This document shows, piece after piece, positions 19,071 to 28,585 of a stretch of DNA of 64,000 bases. The notes below the pieces were generated by a model. The model was not told the DNA's origin, did no database searches, and worked only from the letters and a program-made list of their open reading frames with translations. Numbering within the stretch: position 1 is the first letter of the stretch; every line of letters starts with the position of its first letter. A program made the translations under genes and the position numbers. Source of the DNA: Oculatellaceae cyanobacterium bins.114 (lineage in GTDB: Bacteria; Cyanobacteriota; Cyanobacteriia; Elainellales; Elainellaceae); contig JANRJA010000011.1 in NCBI GenBank assembly GCA_033764315.1, positions 13,561 through 77,560 on the forward strand, written 5' to 3'.

Positions 19071-22000
19071 CTAGGGCAGCGATCGCTGCCCTTGTCCTGA
19101 CTGATAAACCTGCCACATCAGTTGATAGGCGTGCTCAATGGAGCGCACCGATCGCTCGGTGTCATATAGCGGTGTGGTCAACCGTTGCGTTGCCAGTTTA
19201 GTTTTCAAGGCTTGCAGGGTTTGGGAGTGTTGCCCCAGGTGAATGGCCCGTTGCTCATACTCACTCAGGGAATGGGTGATTAGTTCTGGTAGCCCGACCG
19301 AAGTTAACAGGCTCGCAGCGACTCGTGAGGCAAAGGTGTCTCCAAGGATTGTGAGAACAGGAACTCCTGCCCACAGGGCATCACTGGCGGTGGTGTGGGC
19401 GTTATAAAAGCGGGTGTCAAGAAACAAATCTGCCCGTTGCAGGCGGGTCAAGTGCTCTGCTTTAGGAAGTCGTTGAGCAAAGACCAGGCGATCGCCATCA
19501 ATGCCATGAGTCTCTGCGGCGTGTCTAAGGTTTTGCTCTGCCGTTGGATAGCTGTGAAACAGCCACATCACACTGTTAGGAACCTGCCGTAATACCCGCA
19601 TCCACACAGCAAACAGGTGAGGGTCAATTTTGCGGGTGTTATTGAAACAGCAATAGACAAAGCCGGTCTCTGGCAGACCCACAGCAGTTCGAGGAGGAGC
19701 CAGAGCGATCGTCTGTTGGTTGTCATTGATTTGATAGCAGTGTGGCAAATAAACGCAATGTTCGGTCATGGTGGGGGCTAACTCCGGTGGAGTGATGATC
19801 GCATCTGTAAGCACGTAATCCATGAAGTCAGCCCCCATTGTGCCGGGGTAGCCCAAATAGTTGACTTGAATGGGGGCAGGTCGCAGGGCAAATAACCGAG
19901 GCGAACTGAATTCGGTATAGCCCGCTAAATCGACCAAAATATCAATACCGTCTTGAAACACCTGTTGAGCACTGGCAGCAGGTGTCCACTGGTTGATATC
20001 TAAAAAGCGATCGCACTCTCGTTCAAACGTCTTGCGGTAGTCACTGCCATCGTCAGGCCCCAGGGAATAGGCAAACACCTCAAACTGGTTACGGTTGTGC
20101 AACCCAAACAATCGCACCATCAGATGAGCGACCGCATGATCTCGAAAATCACCAGAGACGTAGCCAATTCGCAAACGAGGGTTGGGCGTACTTTTACGCT
20201 CCTCGCTGAACTGAAATCCAAATTGCTGACGACGTTCTGCAACTGACTGAGCGATCGCCTGTGCCGATTGTTGAGCGATCGCTTGCTGTTGTGCCGCCGA
20301 AAAGGGCAAGAGTAGTGTATTGAGAGGTGTCACTGGACAAGGCTTTCCCTGGTCTAACTGAGTTTGAGCCACACGGATCAGGGACTCGCTCAATACCTCC
20401 ACCTCCGCCCATTGACAGGTTTGCCGCCATAGTCGCACCAGTCCATCCAGGGCTTTTAGATGGTCAGGTTCGCGTTGCAACACTTGCCGATAGGCGGTTT
20501 CTGCTTCATCAAATCGCTCTAGCTTCAATAAGGTGTTCCCCAAATTTAATCGGGCATGGGTGAAATCGGGTTGGAGTGCCACAGCTTGCTCAAAGTGGGC
20601 GATCGCCTCTCGTGCCCGCCCCAGTTCATACATCACAATTCCCAGGTTGTTGTGCGTTTCGACGGAATCAGCATTGAGGGTTAACGCTTTTTGAAAACAG
20701 CGAATGGCGTCTTCCCAGTGTTCCTGCATCTGGTGGGCAGTTCCTAAACGCAACCACGTCTCTGCTTGGTTGGGTCGAAGTGCTAGGGCTTGCTGATAGC
20801 GAGCGATCGCCCGGTGGAATTGCTGCCGTTGTTGCAATGCGTTTCCCAAATTTAGAAGGGCTTGAGCGTTTTGGGGTTGACGAGCAACAACCTGTTGATA
20901 ATGGGCGATCGCTTCTGAAATCTCCCCTTGTCGGTGCATCGCCAGTGCCAGGTTATAGCGCACGTCGATTAACTGAGGCTGCAATTGCAACGCTTGTTGA
21001 TAGGCAGCAATGCCCTTCTCTAGTTGTCCACTGCTGCAATAGGCGACTCCCAAATGCCCATGATATTCAGCGACATCGGGTTCCAAAGCGATCGCCTGTT
21101 GCAGATAACCCAGAGCACGCTCAGTTTCACGAAATTGCAGTTGGGTTAGGGCTAACAAATGCAGTGCTCGTGCTGACTGAGGGTGCTGTTGCAGAACTTG
21201 TTGACAGATCTGCTGCACCTTTTCAAACTGCCCAGATTGCCCCAATTGTGCTGCCTGATCTAGCAACAGCATGGCTGCGGAAAGCGACAACTCCTCCACA
21301 GGTGACACGCTTGCTACAGGATGCACCTGTTCTAAAGAATAGGACTCAGGCGTTTGAAGTTTGGCTTGATCTCCCACGGTCTCTTTTAAGGGAGGATTGA
21401 TCTGCCCAAGATCTGCCAATTTTAAGGAGTTAAGCCAATTCTCCCATTCGTGAACCCGCACCGCCCAGACGCAGGTCTGATTAACAAAGTTCACCTGGTT
21501 TCGCAAGGCTGTCTCGATCGCCAATGGGTCTGCCACCTGGTTCTGTAACGCTTGTACTGTCGCCGCTATAAACTGTTGAGCGTATTCTTGCTGGGTTTCC
21601 CAAGTCCATGAGACAAAGCGTTGAGGAGTAGATGTTTCAGCATTCGGAATGGCAATTAATTGAGCCAACCCTGATGTCGTTTCAGGCAAGGCTCCGATCG
21701 CACTGGTAATCACCTGACACCCACTGGCGATCGCTTCCATCACCGCGATACAAGAGGTTTCAAAGAAAATATTGGGATACGTCCATGCTGTCACCGTTCG
21801 CAAGGCTTGTGCCAACTCGGTTTGAGGCAGTGAACCCACATACTCTACTCCCTCTAAACGGTAGCACCGCTCATACAAGTCCCTGAACTCGTCCTGAGTC
21901 ACACTCTGTTGGTACACCTGCATGCTAGAAAACACCTTTAACGTAGTCCCAGGAACCGTAGCTCGAATGGTGGGAAACAGATCTAGCAATAGCTCTAATC

Positions 22001-22574
22001 CTCGAAAGGGAGTGCTGGTGTATGCCAGAACAGGGGGTTGGGGTTTAGCCGCAAGAATTGGTGTAGTAGGGGCAAACAGATGTTGAAATACAGGGGCGAT
22101 CGCATTCCGCAAGACTCCCATTTTGGTAAGCTCTAGCCCAAGGTGATGGTGAAATTGATCACGCTGCCACTCACTCACCATTGCAAACCCGTCGTAAATC
22201 TGTTGTAGCTCAGGTTGATGGAGCGATCGCATGTTGTCTTGATCAGCAGCACTCTGAATCCAACACACTAAACGGGTTGAGCGCGGCAACAACGGCCGAA
22301 AATGCTGCCCTATGTCGGGTTGATTGACCACAACCAGCGCATCTAACACCAGGGACTTGAGCAACTCTGGTGAACCCGCTGCTAACGGCAAACAAACGAC
22401 TCCACTGGAGAGGTCAGTCCGGGAGGTGCCATTCAATAAAAATACAGTGTGTCCCGCTTGTGCCAGTGCTTCCGCCAAATAGCACACCGCTGACTGAGAT
22501 CCTCCCAACGGTTGCTGATAAGGGGTTTCAGGTCGATAATCCCAGGGGATGGGGTCAAGAAAAGCAATCCGCAT
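19071..22574 (-). CDS. GT4 glycosyltransferase + TPR + GT41 (OGT/SPINDLY-like) fusion
   Basis: YTSTPFRGL and ETSCIAVMEA (GT4-like); long TPR array; RIGYVSGDFRDHAV, APIQVNYLGYPGT, DLFLDT..NAHTTASDALWAGVP (GT41). Confidence 0.9.
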   Translation of the reverse strand: MRIAFLDPIPWDYRPETPYQQPLGGSQSAVCYLAEALAQAGHTVFLLNGTSRTDLSSGVVCLPLAAGSPELLKSLVLDALVVVNQPDIGQHFRPLLPRSTRLVCWIQSAADQDNMRSLHQPELQQIYDGFAMVSEWQRDQFHHHLGLELTKMGVLRNAIAPVFQHLFAPTTPILAAKPQPPVLAYTSTPFRGLELLLDLFPTIRATVPGTTLKVFSSMQVYQQSVTQDEFRDLYERCYRLEGVEYVGSLPQTELAQALRTVTAWTYPNIFFETSCIAVMEAIASGCQVITSAIGALPETTSGLAQLIAIPNAETSTPQRFVSWTWETQQEYAQQFIAATVQALQNQVADPLAIETALRNQVNFVNQTCVWAVRVHEWENWLNSLKLADLGQINPPLKETVGDQAKLQTPESYSLEQVHPVASVSPVEELSLSAAMLLLDQAAQLGQSGQFEKVQQICQQVLQQHPQSARALHLLALTQLQFRETERALGYLQQAIALEPDVAEYHGHLGVAYCSSGQLEKGIAAYQQALQLQPQLIDVRYNLALAMHRQGEISEAIAHYQQVVARQPQNAQALLNLGNALQQRQQFHRAIARYQQALALRPNQAETWLRLGTAHQMQEHWEDAIRCFQKALTLNADSVETHNNLGIVMYELGRAREAIAHFEQAVALQPDFTHARLNLGNTLLKLERFDEAETAYRQVLQREPDHLKALDGLVRLWRQTCQWAEVEVLSESLIRVAQTQLDQGKPCPVTPLNTLLLPFSAAQQQAIAQQSAQAIAQSVAERRQQFGFQFSEERKSTPNPRLRIGYVSGDFRDHAVAHLMVRLFGLHNRNQFEVFAYSLGPDDGSDYRKTFERECDRFLDINQWTPAASAQQVFQDGIDILVDLAGYTEFSSPRLFALRPAPIQVNYLGYPGTMGADFMDYVLTDAIITPPELAPTMTEHCVYLPHCYQINDNQQTIALAPPRTAVGLPETGFVYCCFNNTRKIDPHLFAVWMRVLRQVPNSVMWLFHSYPTAEQNLRHAAETHGIDGDRLVFAQRLPKAEHLTRLQRADLFLDTRFYNAHTTASDALWAGVPVLTILGDTFASRVAASLLTSVGLPELITHSLSEYEQRAIHLGQHSQTLQALKTKLATQRLTTPLYDTERSVRSIEHAYQLMWQVYQSGQGQRSLP

Positions 22575-22874
22575 GAGAAGAGGAAGGAGGAAGAAGGACG
22601 AAAGAAAAGGATTAAGGATAAGGGATAAAGGATAAAAAGTGAGAAGAGAAGAAAGAATAGGACAAACGCCCATACAGCAGTGGTAAGGTTTTGAGAATTA
22701 TCTCTGCATTCAGCAACGCTAATTGTAAGTTTCGCATCCTCACAACATCCTCGTTTTTATCCTTTATCTTTTACCGTTGTATTCCCTATTTTCCTCCTTC
22801 CCTTAGCTTTCCTCCATCTTTCCTCTCTTGTCCTTGATCGTTTATCCTTCTTTCTTCTTTTTTCCTTCTTCCCT
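22575..22874. repeat. Degenerate short tandem repeat tracts (purine-rich, then pyrimidine-rich) in a divergent intergenic region
   Basis: GGATAAA/GAAGAAA-like units at 22575-22660; TTTATCC/TTCCTTC-like units at 22750-22874. Confidence 0.55.
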
Positions 22875-23321
22875 ATGCGGGTTATCATCCAACGAGTCAC
22901 TGCTTCTCACGTTACGATCGATGGGGCGATCGTTGGCAGCATTGGGCGAGGACTCAACTTGCTAGTGGGCATTGCTGACTCAGATACCGAGGCAGAGCTA
23001 GCGTGGATGGCGCGGAAATGTTTAGAGTTGCGGTTGTTTCCATCTGAGACGAGCGGGTTTGATCAATCGGTGCAAGAGATCAATGGAGAACTGCTCGTCA
23101 TTAGTCAATTTACGCTTTATGGAGATGCTCGCAAGGGGCGTCGTCCTTCGTTTGATAAAGCGGCTACACCTGTTCAAGCAGAACAACTTTATGATCAGTT
23201 TGTTGATACGTTACGAAGCAGTGGGCTACGGGTCGAGACGGGTCGCTTTGGTGCCAATATGCAAGTGGCGATCGCTAACGACGGACCTGTCACCCTGGTG
23301 TTAGAAAAGGAGGCACTTTAG
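22875..23321 (+). CDS. dtd: D-aminoacyl-tRNA deacylase
   Basis: [25 protein letters not shown]. Confidence 0.97.
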   Translation: MRVIIQRVTASHVTIDGAIVGSIGRGLNLLVGIADSDTEAELAWMARKCLELRLFPSETSGFDQSVQEINGELLVISQFTLYGDARKGRRPSFDKAATPVQAEQLYDQFVDTLRSSGLRVETGRFGANMQVAIANDGPVTLVLEKEAL

Positions 23322-23511
23322 GGAACTCTTTAGTTGGAGAATAAACTGATTTTGTCAATCCATCTCTAATAAAGTTACAGTCGAGGTTACGGTCAATATA
23401 AGTTATTCAAATAGTCAAACACCTGTTTTTTATTGACAGCTTATGACGTAGCTGATATTGTAAAGAAATATTTCTTTGTTATTGATAGTTGTAACTCTAT
23501 TGTTTCCATTT

Positions 23512-24306
23512 ATGACAGGAGTCGCCGATTTGAATCAGAGTCAAGCCTATCCCCACCACACTTGCTTTACTCTGCGCTCTACTCCCCACTTAACTGTATT
23601 TTGCGATTTTGACGGGCCTATCATTGACGTTAGCGATCGCTACTACAACACCTATCAATTAGCACTGGCCGACGTTCAGACTATCTGTGAGACCCAAGGC
23701 ACAGCTTCCCCATTTTGCTGCTTGAGCAAAACTCACTTTTGGCAAATGAAGCAAGATCGAGTGCCCGACCTCGAAATTGCCTTGCGTTCTGGGCTGCGAC
23801 AAGAGCAGATGGATTATTTTTTGCAGCGCGTCTCTTCTATCGTGAATCAGCCTGCCCTGTTACACCAAGATCAGTTGCAACCCGGAGTGCGTTGGGCATT
23901 AGAGCTACTGCACTCTCAGGGAGCACGCCTAGTTCTAGTTACTCTACGCAACCAGGAACAAGCCACGCAAATTTTGCAAAACTATGGGCTAGCCAATCTG
24001 TTCACGCTGATTCGTGGCACCCACGATGACACGGTCGCCTATGGCAACGCTGCCGAAGCTAAAATTCAACTGCTGGCAGAGGTGTTACGCGAATTTCCTT
24101 ACTGGGCAACCGAGCCAGCATGGATGATTGGCGACACTGAAGCGGATATTTTGGCAGGGCAAGCCTCCAATATTCCGACGATCGCCCTGACCTGTGGCAT
24201 TCGTAGTCAAACCTATCTGGAAAAGTTTTTGCCCACCCGCATTCACTGTGACTTGCTCTCGGCGGCTCATTACCTGATCAGTCAACCCCTGTTTGCCAGC
24301 GTCTAG
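23512..24306 (+). CDS. HAD-superfamily hydrolase
   Basis: DFDGP motif I and MIGDTEAD motif IV; start uncertain. Confidence 0.85.
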   Translation: MTGVADLNQSQAYPHHTCFTLRSTPHLTVFCDFDGPIIDVSDRYYNTYQLALADVQTICETQGTASPFCCLSKTHFWQMKQDRVPDLEIALRSGLRQEQMDYFLQRVSSIVNQPALLHQDQLQPGVRWALELLHSQGARLVLVTLRNQEQATQILQNYGLANLFTLIRGTHDDTVAYGNAAEAKIQLLAEVLREFPYWATEPAWMIGDTEADILAGQASNIPTIALTCGIRSQTYLEKFLPTRIHCDLLSAAHYLISQPLFASV

Positions 24307-24332
24307 TCGTGGGAAAAGGATCAGAAATGACT

Positions 24333-24911
24333 TTATTCTCCAGCTTTCAAGACTTGCTCAGGCGTCAGCATTAATTCTGGAAATACAGTTGAGCGGATGG
24401 GTTCAGCACCTTTGAACACCGCATCTTCATACAACCCATTGACCAGCGTCAAGACCGTCACAATGGCTCTTTCAGGATCGACAATCCAATATTCTGCGAT
24501 CCCTCTAGCCGCGTACTCAGAGCGTTTGTAACGGTAGTCTCGCTCCTGATTTTGCGTTCCTGGCGACACCACTTCAACTACCAAGTTTGGAGGCGGCATG
24601 TCGACTGTAATCGTTGCTCTAGCAGTGCCTTGTAGTAACTCTACCAGTTCATCAGAAATGACCATTAAATCTGGCATGCGAGTCGTCGCACGGGTTCCTA
24701 AAACGACAATTTCAGTCTTATTACTCAAACGGTTAACCGGAACAAACCGCAGGAATTGTACCAGCAAAAATAGGGCAATTTGAGAGTTATTCCAACTTTC
24801 AGGTGGCATAGCAACCAGTTCCCCTGCCACCAATTCATATCGCGTATCGGTGCCATCATCATAATTCAGGTATTCCTGAAGAGTCAGCCGTTTAATGGTG
24901 GTTGCCATCAC
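24333..24911 (-). CDS. Uma2-family endonuclease-like protein
   Basis: RYELVAGELVAMPPES, PDLMV, VEVVSPG, KRSEYAARGIAEYWIVDP. Confidence 0.92.
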   Translation of the reverse strand: MMATTIKRLTLQEYLNYDDGTDTRYELVAGELVAMPPESWNNSQIALFLLVQFLRFVPVNRLSNKTEIVVLGTRATTRMPDLMVISDELVELLQGTARATITVDMPPPNLVVEVVSPGTQNQERDYRYKRSEYAARGIAEYWIVDPERAIVTVLTLVNGLYEDAVFKGAEPIRSTVFPELMLTPEQVLKAGE

Positions 24912-24934
24912 TGCTCCGGGGTAACGCCATGCGT

Positions 24935-26878
24935 TTATTCTACAGCGGGTTCGGGAGAACGCTCGGACGACTCCACGGGAACAGATGGTGGGTCTTCGAT
25001 CGCCATCGATGGGTGAAAGTAATCGTAGATTTGCTGCGCCATCTTAGGCCCAATCCCCGATACCTCCGCAATCTGTTGAGGAGATGCCTCCCGCAGATAG
25101 TCAATCGAGCGGAAATGTGCCAACAGTTGTTTTTGGCGGGTATAGCCCAACCCTGGAATCTCTTCGAGGCGCGATCGCCGCATCCGATCGCTACGTTGTT
25201 GTCGGTGAAAACTAACCGCAAATCGGTGTGCCTCATCTCGCAGTCGTCGTAACAATTGCACGCCCGGTTGGTCTGCTTCGGTAGTCAGGGGCAACGATTC
25301 TCCCGGCAAAAAGATTTCTTCTCGCTGCTTTGCCAAACTAACAACCTTGACATCCTCCATCAAATTCATCTCGCGTAAGACTTCGACCACTGCTGAGAGT
25401 TGTCCTTTCCCCCCATCAATCATCACCACATCGGGAAAATCAGCATTGCCCACCCGCTGCAAATTTGGGTCTTGAGCATAGCGGCGAAAGCGACGTTGAA
25501 TCACCTCTGCCATGCTGGCAAAGTCATCGGAGTGCCCCGATCGCACCGTAGGATTTTTGATTTTGTAATGGCGATAGTGTTGCTTGGCAGGCAGTCCATC
25601 CACAAACACCACCTGAGAGGCAACGGCATCAGACCCTTGAATGTGGGAGATGTCATAGCCTTCCAGTCGATGGGGCAGATCGGGCAAATCAAGGATTTCT
25701 GCCAGGTTGAGCATGGCTTGCTGGTTGCGATCGGCAAACCGTTGAGTTCGTGCCAGTTCATAGCCCGCATTGCGCTCTACCATGTCGATCAAGTCAGCTT
25801 TGGTTTGACGTTGCGGCACCACCACAGACACCTTGCGTCCCCGTCGTTCGGTCAAAAACTCTGAGAGAATGTCACCATCCGGTAGCTCATGTTGCACCAA
25901 AATCTCAGCGGGAATCTCAATCGAATCCACGGTTTGATAGTGCTCCTCAAGTGCCCGTTGCAAGATCGCTCCGGGCGTGCCAGATTGCGCGTCAGCCACA
26001 AATCCTAACCGCCCCACCAATCGCCCTGCCCGAATCTGAAAGAGTTGAATGCAGGCGTGTTGATCGTCGGCGGCAAGGGCGATCGCATCTCGTGAGAGGG
26101 TGTCATCTGGCAGCGATACCTTTTGGTCAGCACCGAGAGACTGAATTCCCCGAATCTGATCGCGCACCCGAGCCGCATATTCAAAATTGAGATCTTCGGA
26201 GGCTTTTTCCATTTGTGCCACCAAAATTTCCTCAAGCTCTTGGGTACGCCCCTGAAAGATCATCGCCACTTTTTGCAAAATCTTGCGATAGTCTTCAGAG
26301 CTGATCAGTTTTTGGCAGACCCCCGGACAGCGACCCATGTCGTAGTTGAGACAAGGACGGTCCTTAAACAGAGGTTGAGGGCGTTGTCGCAGCGGAAAGA
26401 CCCGCTTCACCAAATTCAACGTCCGGCGCAGCAACCCTACATCTACATAGGGGCCGTAATAGCGGTCTTTTTCTTTGCCTGCCCGTCGTTTGCGCGTGAT
26501 AAAAATGCGGGGATAGTCTTCAGACCAGGTGATACAAAGATAGGGATATTTTTTGTCATCTTTGAGCAGCACATTAAAGTGAGGCTGATGCTGCTTCACT
26601 AGATTGGCTTCAAGGGCTAGTGCTTCCGCTTCTGTATCGGTGACGATAAACTCAATTTCAGCGATCTGCATCACCATCAAAGCAATGCGGGGGTTGTGAT
26701 CATGGTTATCGCGAAAATAGGAACGAACGCGCGATCGCAAACTCTTGGACTTGCCAATGTAGAGAATGTTGTCGCTCACGTCGCGCATGAAATAAACTCC
26801 TGGCTCCTGGGGAATTTCTTTGAGGCGAGCTTCCAGGCGTTCAGGATCTTTAACTAGAGTTGAGGCGTTTGCAGTCAC
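24935..26878 (-). CDS. uvrC: Excinuclease ABC subunit C
   Basis: GIY-YIG (PGVY..LYIGKSK), UVR domain, RNase H-like domain (GYDISH, DGGKGQ), HhH. Confidence 0.98.
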   Translation of the reverse strand: MTANASTLVKDPERLEARLKEIPQEPGVYFMRDVSDNILYIGKSKSLRSRVRSYFRDNHDHNPRIALMVMQIAEIEFIVTDTEAEALALEANLVKQHQPHFNVLLKDDKKYPYLCITWSEDYPRIFITRKRRAGKEKDRYYGPYVDVGLLRRTLNLVKRVFPLRQRPQPLFKDRPCLNYDMGRCPGVCQKLISSEDYRKILQKVAMIFQGRTQELEEILVAQMEKASEDLNFEYAARVRDQIRGIQSLGADQKVSLPDDTLSRDAIALAADDQHACIQLFQIRAGRLVGRLGFVADAQSGTPGAILQRALEEHYQTVDSIEIPAEILVQHELPDGDILSEFLTERRGRKVSVVVPQRQTKADLIDMVERNAGYELARTQRFADRNQQAMLNLAEILDLPDLPHRLEGYDISHIQGSDAVASQVVFVDGLPAKQHYRHYKIKNPTVRSGHSDDFASMAEVIQRRFRRYAQDPNLQRVGNADFPDVVMIDGGKGQLSAVVEVLREMNLMEDVKVVSLAKQREEIFLPGESLPLTTEADQPGVQLLRRLRDEAHRFAVSFHRQQRSDRMRRSRLEEIPGLGYTRQKQLLAHFRSIDYLREASPQQIAEVSGIGPKMAQQIYDYFHPSMAIEDPPSVPVESSERSPEPAVE

Positions 26879-26984
26879 AGGCTAATCAGTCGCACCATTG
26901 CAGAGGTTCAGATGCATTTCACCCTTTTAGGATACTGTGTCTCGCACAAGTTGGGGGGAGCAATTGCCGAATCATTGGAGGGGT

Positions 26985-27326
26985 TTACTCATCCTCACAG
27001 AGCCGTTTCCAGTAAGATTGGGGGCGGTTTGCCCGCATTGACCCCAGGTGCACCCGATAGCGTGGTTCGGCTGCATCTTTCACAGTGCGAATAAACCCCC
27101 GTTCTAACAGCCCATCAAAGGCAGTACGGATGGCGGATTCATCCCCTGCACCCGTTTGGCTCAAGGAGGCGATCGCCGCTGCAAGGGTACTGTCAGGCTG
27201 CCGCTGCAACCAGTTGATTAACTGTCGCTCTAGGTCTGGCAACGCCAACACGTCCGCCATCGTGAAACCAACCTTGGGCGGGTTCACCAAATCTAATTGC
27301 TGACCATCTGGATTAGGTTCCAGCAT
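26985..27326 (-). CDS. Small winged-helix-like protein abutting the MinD/ParA gene
   Basis: ATG directly follows the ATPase stop codon; LERQLINWL..LLERGFI wHTH-like pattern. Confidence 0.65.
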   Translation of the reverse strand: MLEPNPDGQQLDLVNPPKVGFTMADVLALPDLERQLINWLQRQPDSTLAAAIASLSQTGAGDESAIRTAFDGLLERGFIRTVKDAAEPRYRVHLGSMRANRPQSYWKRLCEDE

Positions 27327-28100
27327 TTAAGCTGTAATCTTAGCGACAACACCATCTAACAGTTTAGTAATGGGATGATCGGGATAGCAAAGACAGAAAA
27401 TTTGACGACTTGCCAGTCGCATCATTTCGTCAGACTGCGGCAAAACAGCGGCAACAGGAACGTCGTAGGTTTTCTCCATCTCTTGGCGAATTTCGTTGAA
27501 GTCATAGTCGCTCAACACTTTATTCACCAATAAAACAATGCCAGGTACGTCTAACTCTTTGGCCACCTTAACGGTTAAAGCCGTACCCTGATAGTCTTGA
27601 TAGTCAGGTCGGAGAATCACAATCAACAGTTGAGAGATGCCAATCGAGAGCAAGGTTTCTTCGTTGATGCCGGGATGGGTGTCAATCAACAAATAATCCA
27701 GGTTCAATTTCTGACAGAGTTGACTATATCCACTAGTCAACAACCCCACATCATAGCCCTCACTCAACACAGTGGTAATTTCATTGACCTTCATACTAGA
27801 GGGAATCAGGTAGATTTTGCCCCCACTGGCGGCAACTCGATCTGCACCATCGATCAGAGTGGGACTCACATCAAACGCAGCTTCCTCAACCGAGCAACGC
27901 CCTAAGAGGTAATCATTCAACGTATATTTCACTTTCTTGACATCTAAGCCAAATAGAACGTGAATTCCAGGAGATTGGATGTCAGTATCGATCACCCCAA
28001 CTCGATAACCTTGAACTGCCAGCCTGCCTGACAAGTTAGCTACTAAGTTTGATTTCCCTGTACCACCCCTAAATGAGTGAACAGACACAATTTTCCCCAT
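27327..28100 (-). CDS. MinD/ParA-family ATPase (not the cell-division MinD)
   Basis: Deviant Walker A SFRGGTGKS, DTDIQSPG, IDTHPG; no minC/minE nearby. Confidence 0.9.
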   Translation of the reverse strand: MGKIVSVHSFRGGTGKSNLVANLSGRLAVQGYRVGVIDTDIQSPGIHVLFGLDVKKVKYTLNDYLLGRCSVEEAAFDVSPTLIDGADRVAASGGKIYLIPSSMKVNEITTVLSEGYDVGLLTSGYSQLCQKLNLDYLLIDTHPGINEETLLSIGISQLLIVILRPDYQDYQGTALTVKVAKELDVPGIVLLVNKVLSDYDFNEIRQEMEKTYDVPVAAVLPQSDEMMRLASRQIFCLCYPDHPITKLLDGVVAKITA

Positions 28101-28585
28101 AGTTTAATCGCGATGATGGTAATCAGTTCACGCTTGCACTAATGCACCCATACGAGCGAACTCATGCGTGAACACTAACAAGAACCCTCAGGTATAATAT
28201 CGCAGTAGTTGATTAGAATGTGGTTTTAGAGCGACTCACATTATTTTCGCTTCAAGAGGATTAATAGAATTACAGGTGATGGTGGCTGCCTCGTAAGAGT
28301 GATGATATTGGTAGAAGAAAAGCGTGCGGAATGTCAAATTAAACGCCGTGACACGTCTCCTAGATACATGCTTGTGTTGCTCACACAACAGCACTGGGTT
28401 TAAGTGCATGAAGTAGCCAGGTGAAATTAAAGGAATACCAATTTGAGTTAGGGTTGTTGCAGGTGTGTGAAAACCAGGCATTAACCCCCATTGGGGGACG
28501 CCACTGCCTCCCCAATGGATTGAGCTTGGCAGAGCCAAAGCCCCCTAGCAGAAGGTGTTTGGGTTCACCCAAAGACGAGTTGCTT

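Noticed and set aside
23374-23394. GTTACAGTC/GTTACGGTC direct repeat as a regulator box
   Set aside because: 12-bp spacing does not fit the HLR1/OmpR-type spacing I know; unsupported
27327-28100. Cell-division minD or plasmid parA
   Set aside because: No minC, minE or parB; different motif set
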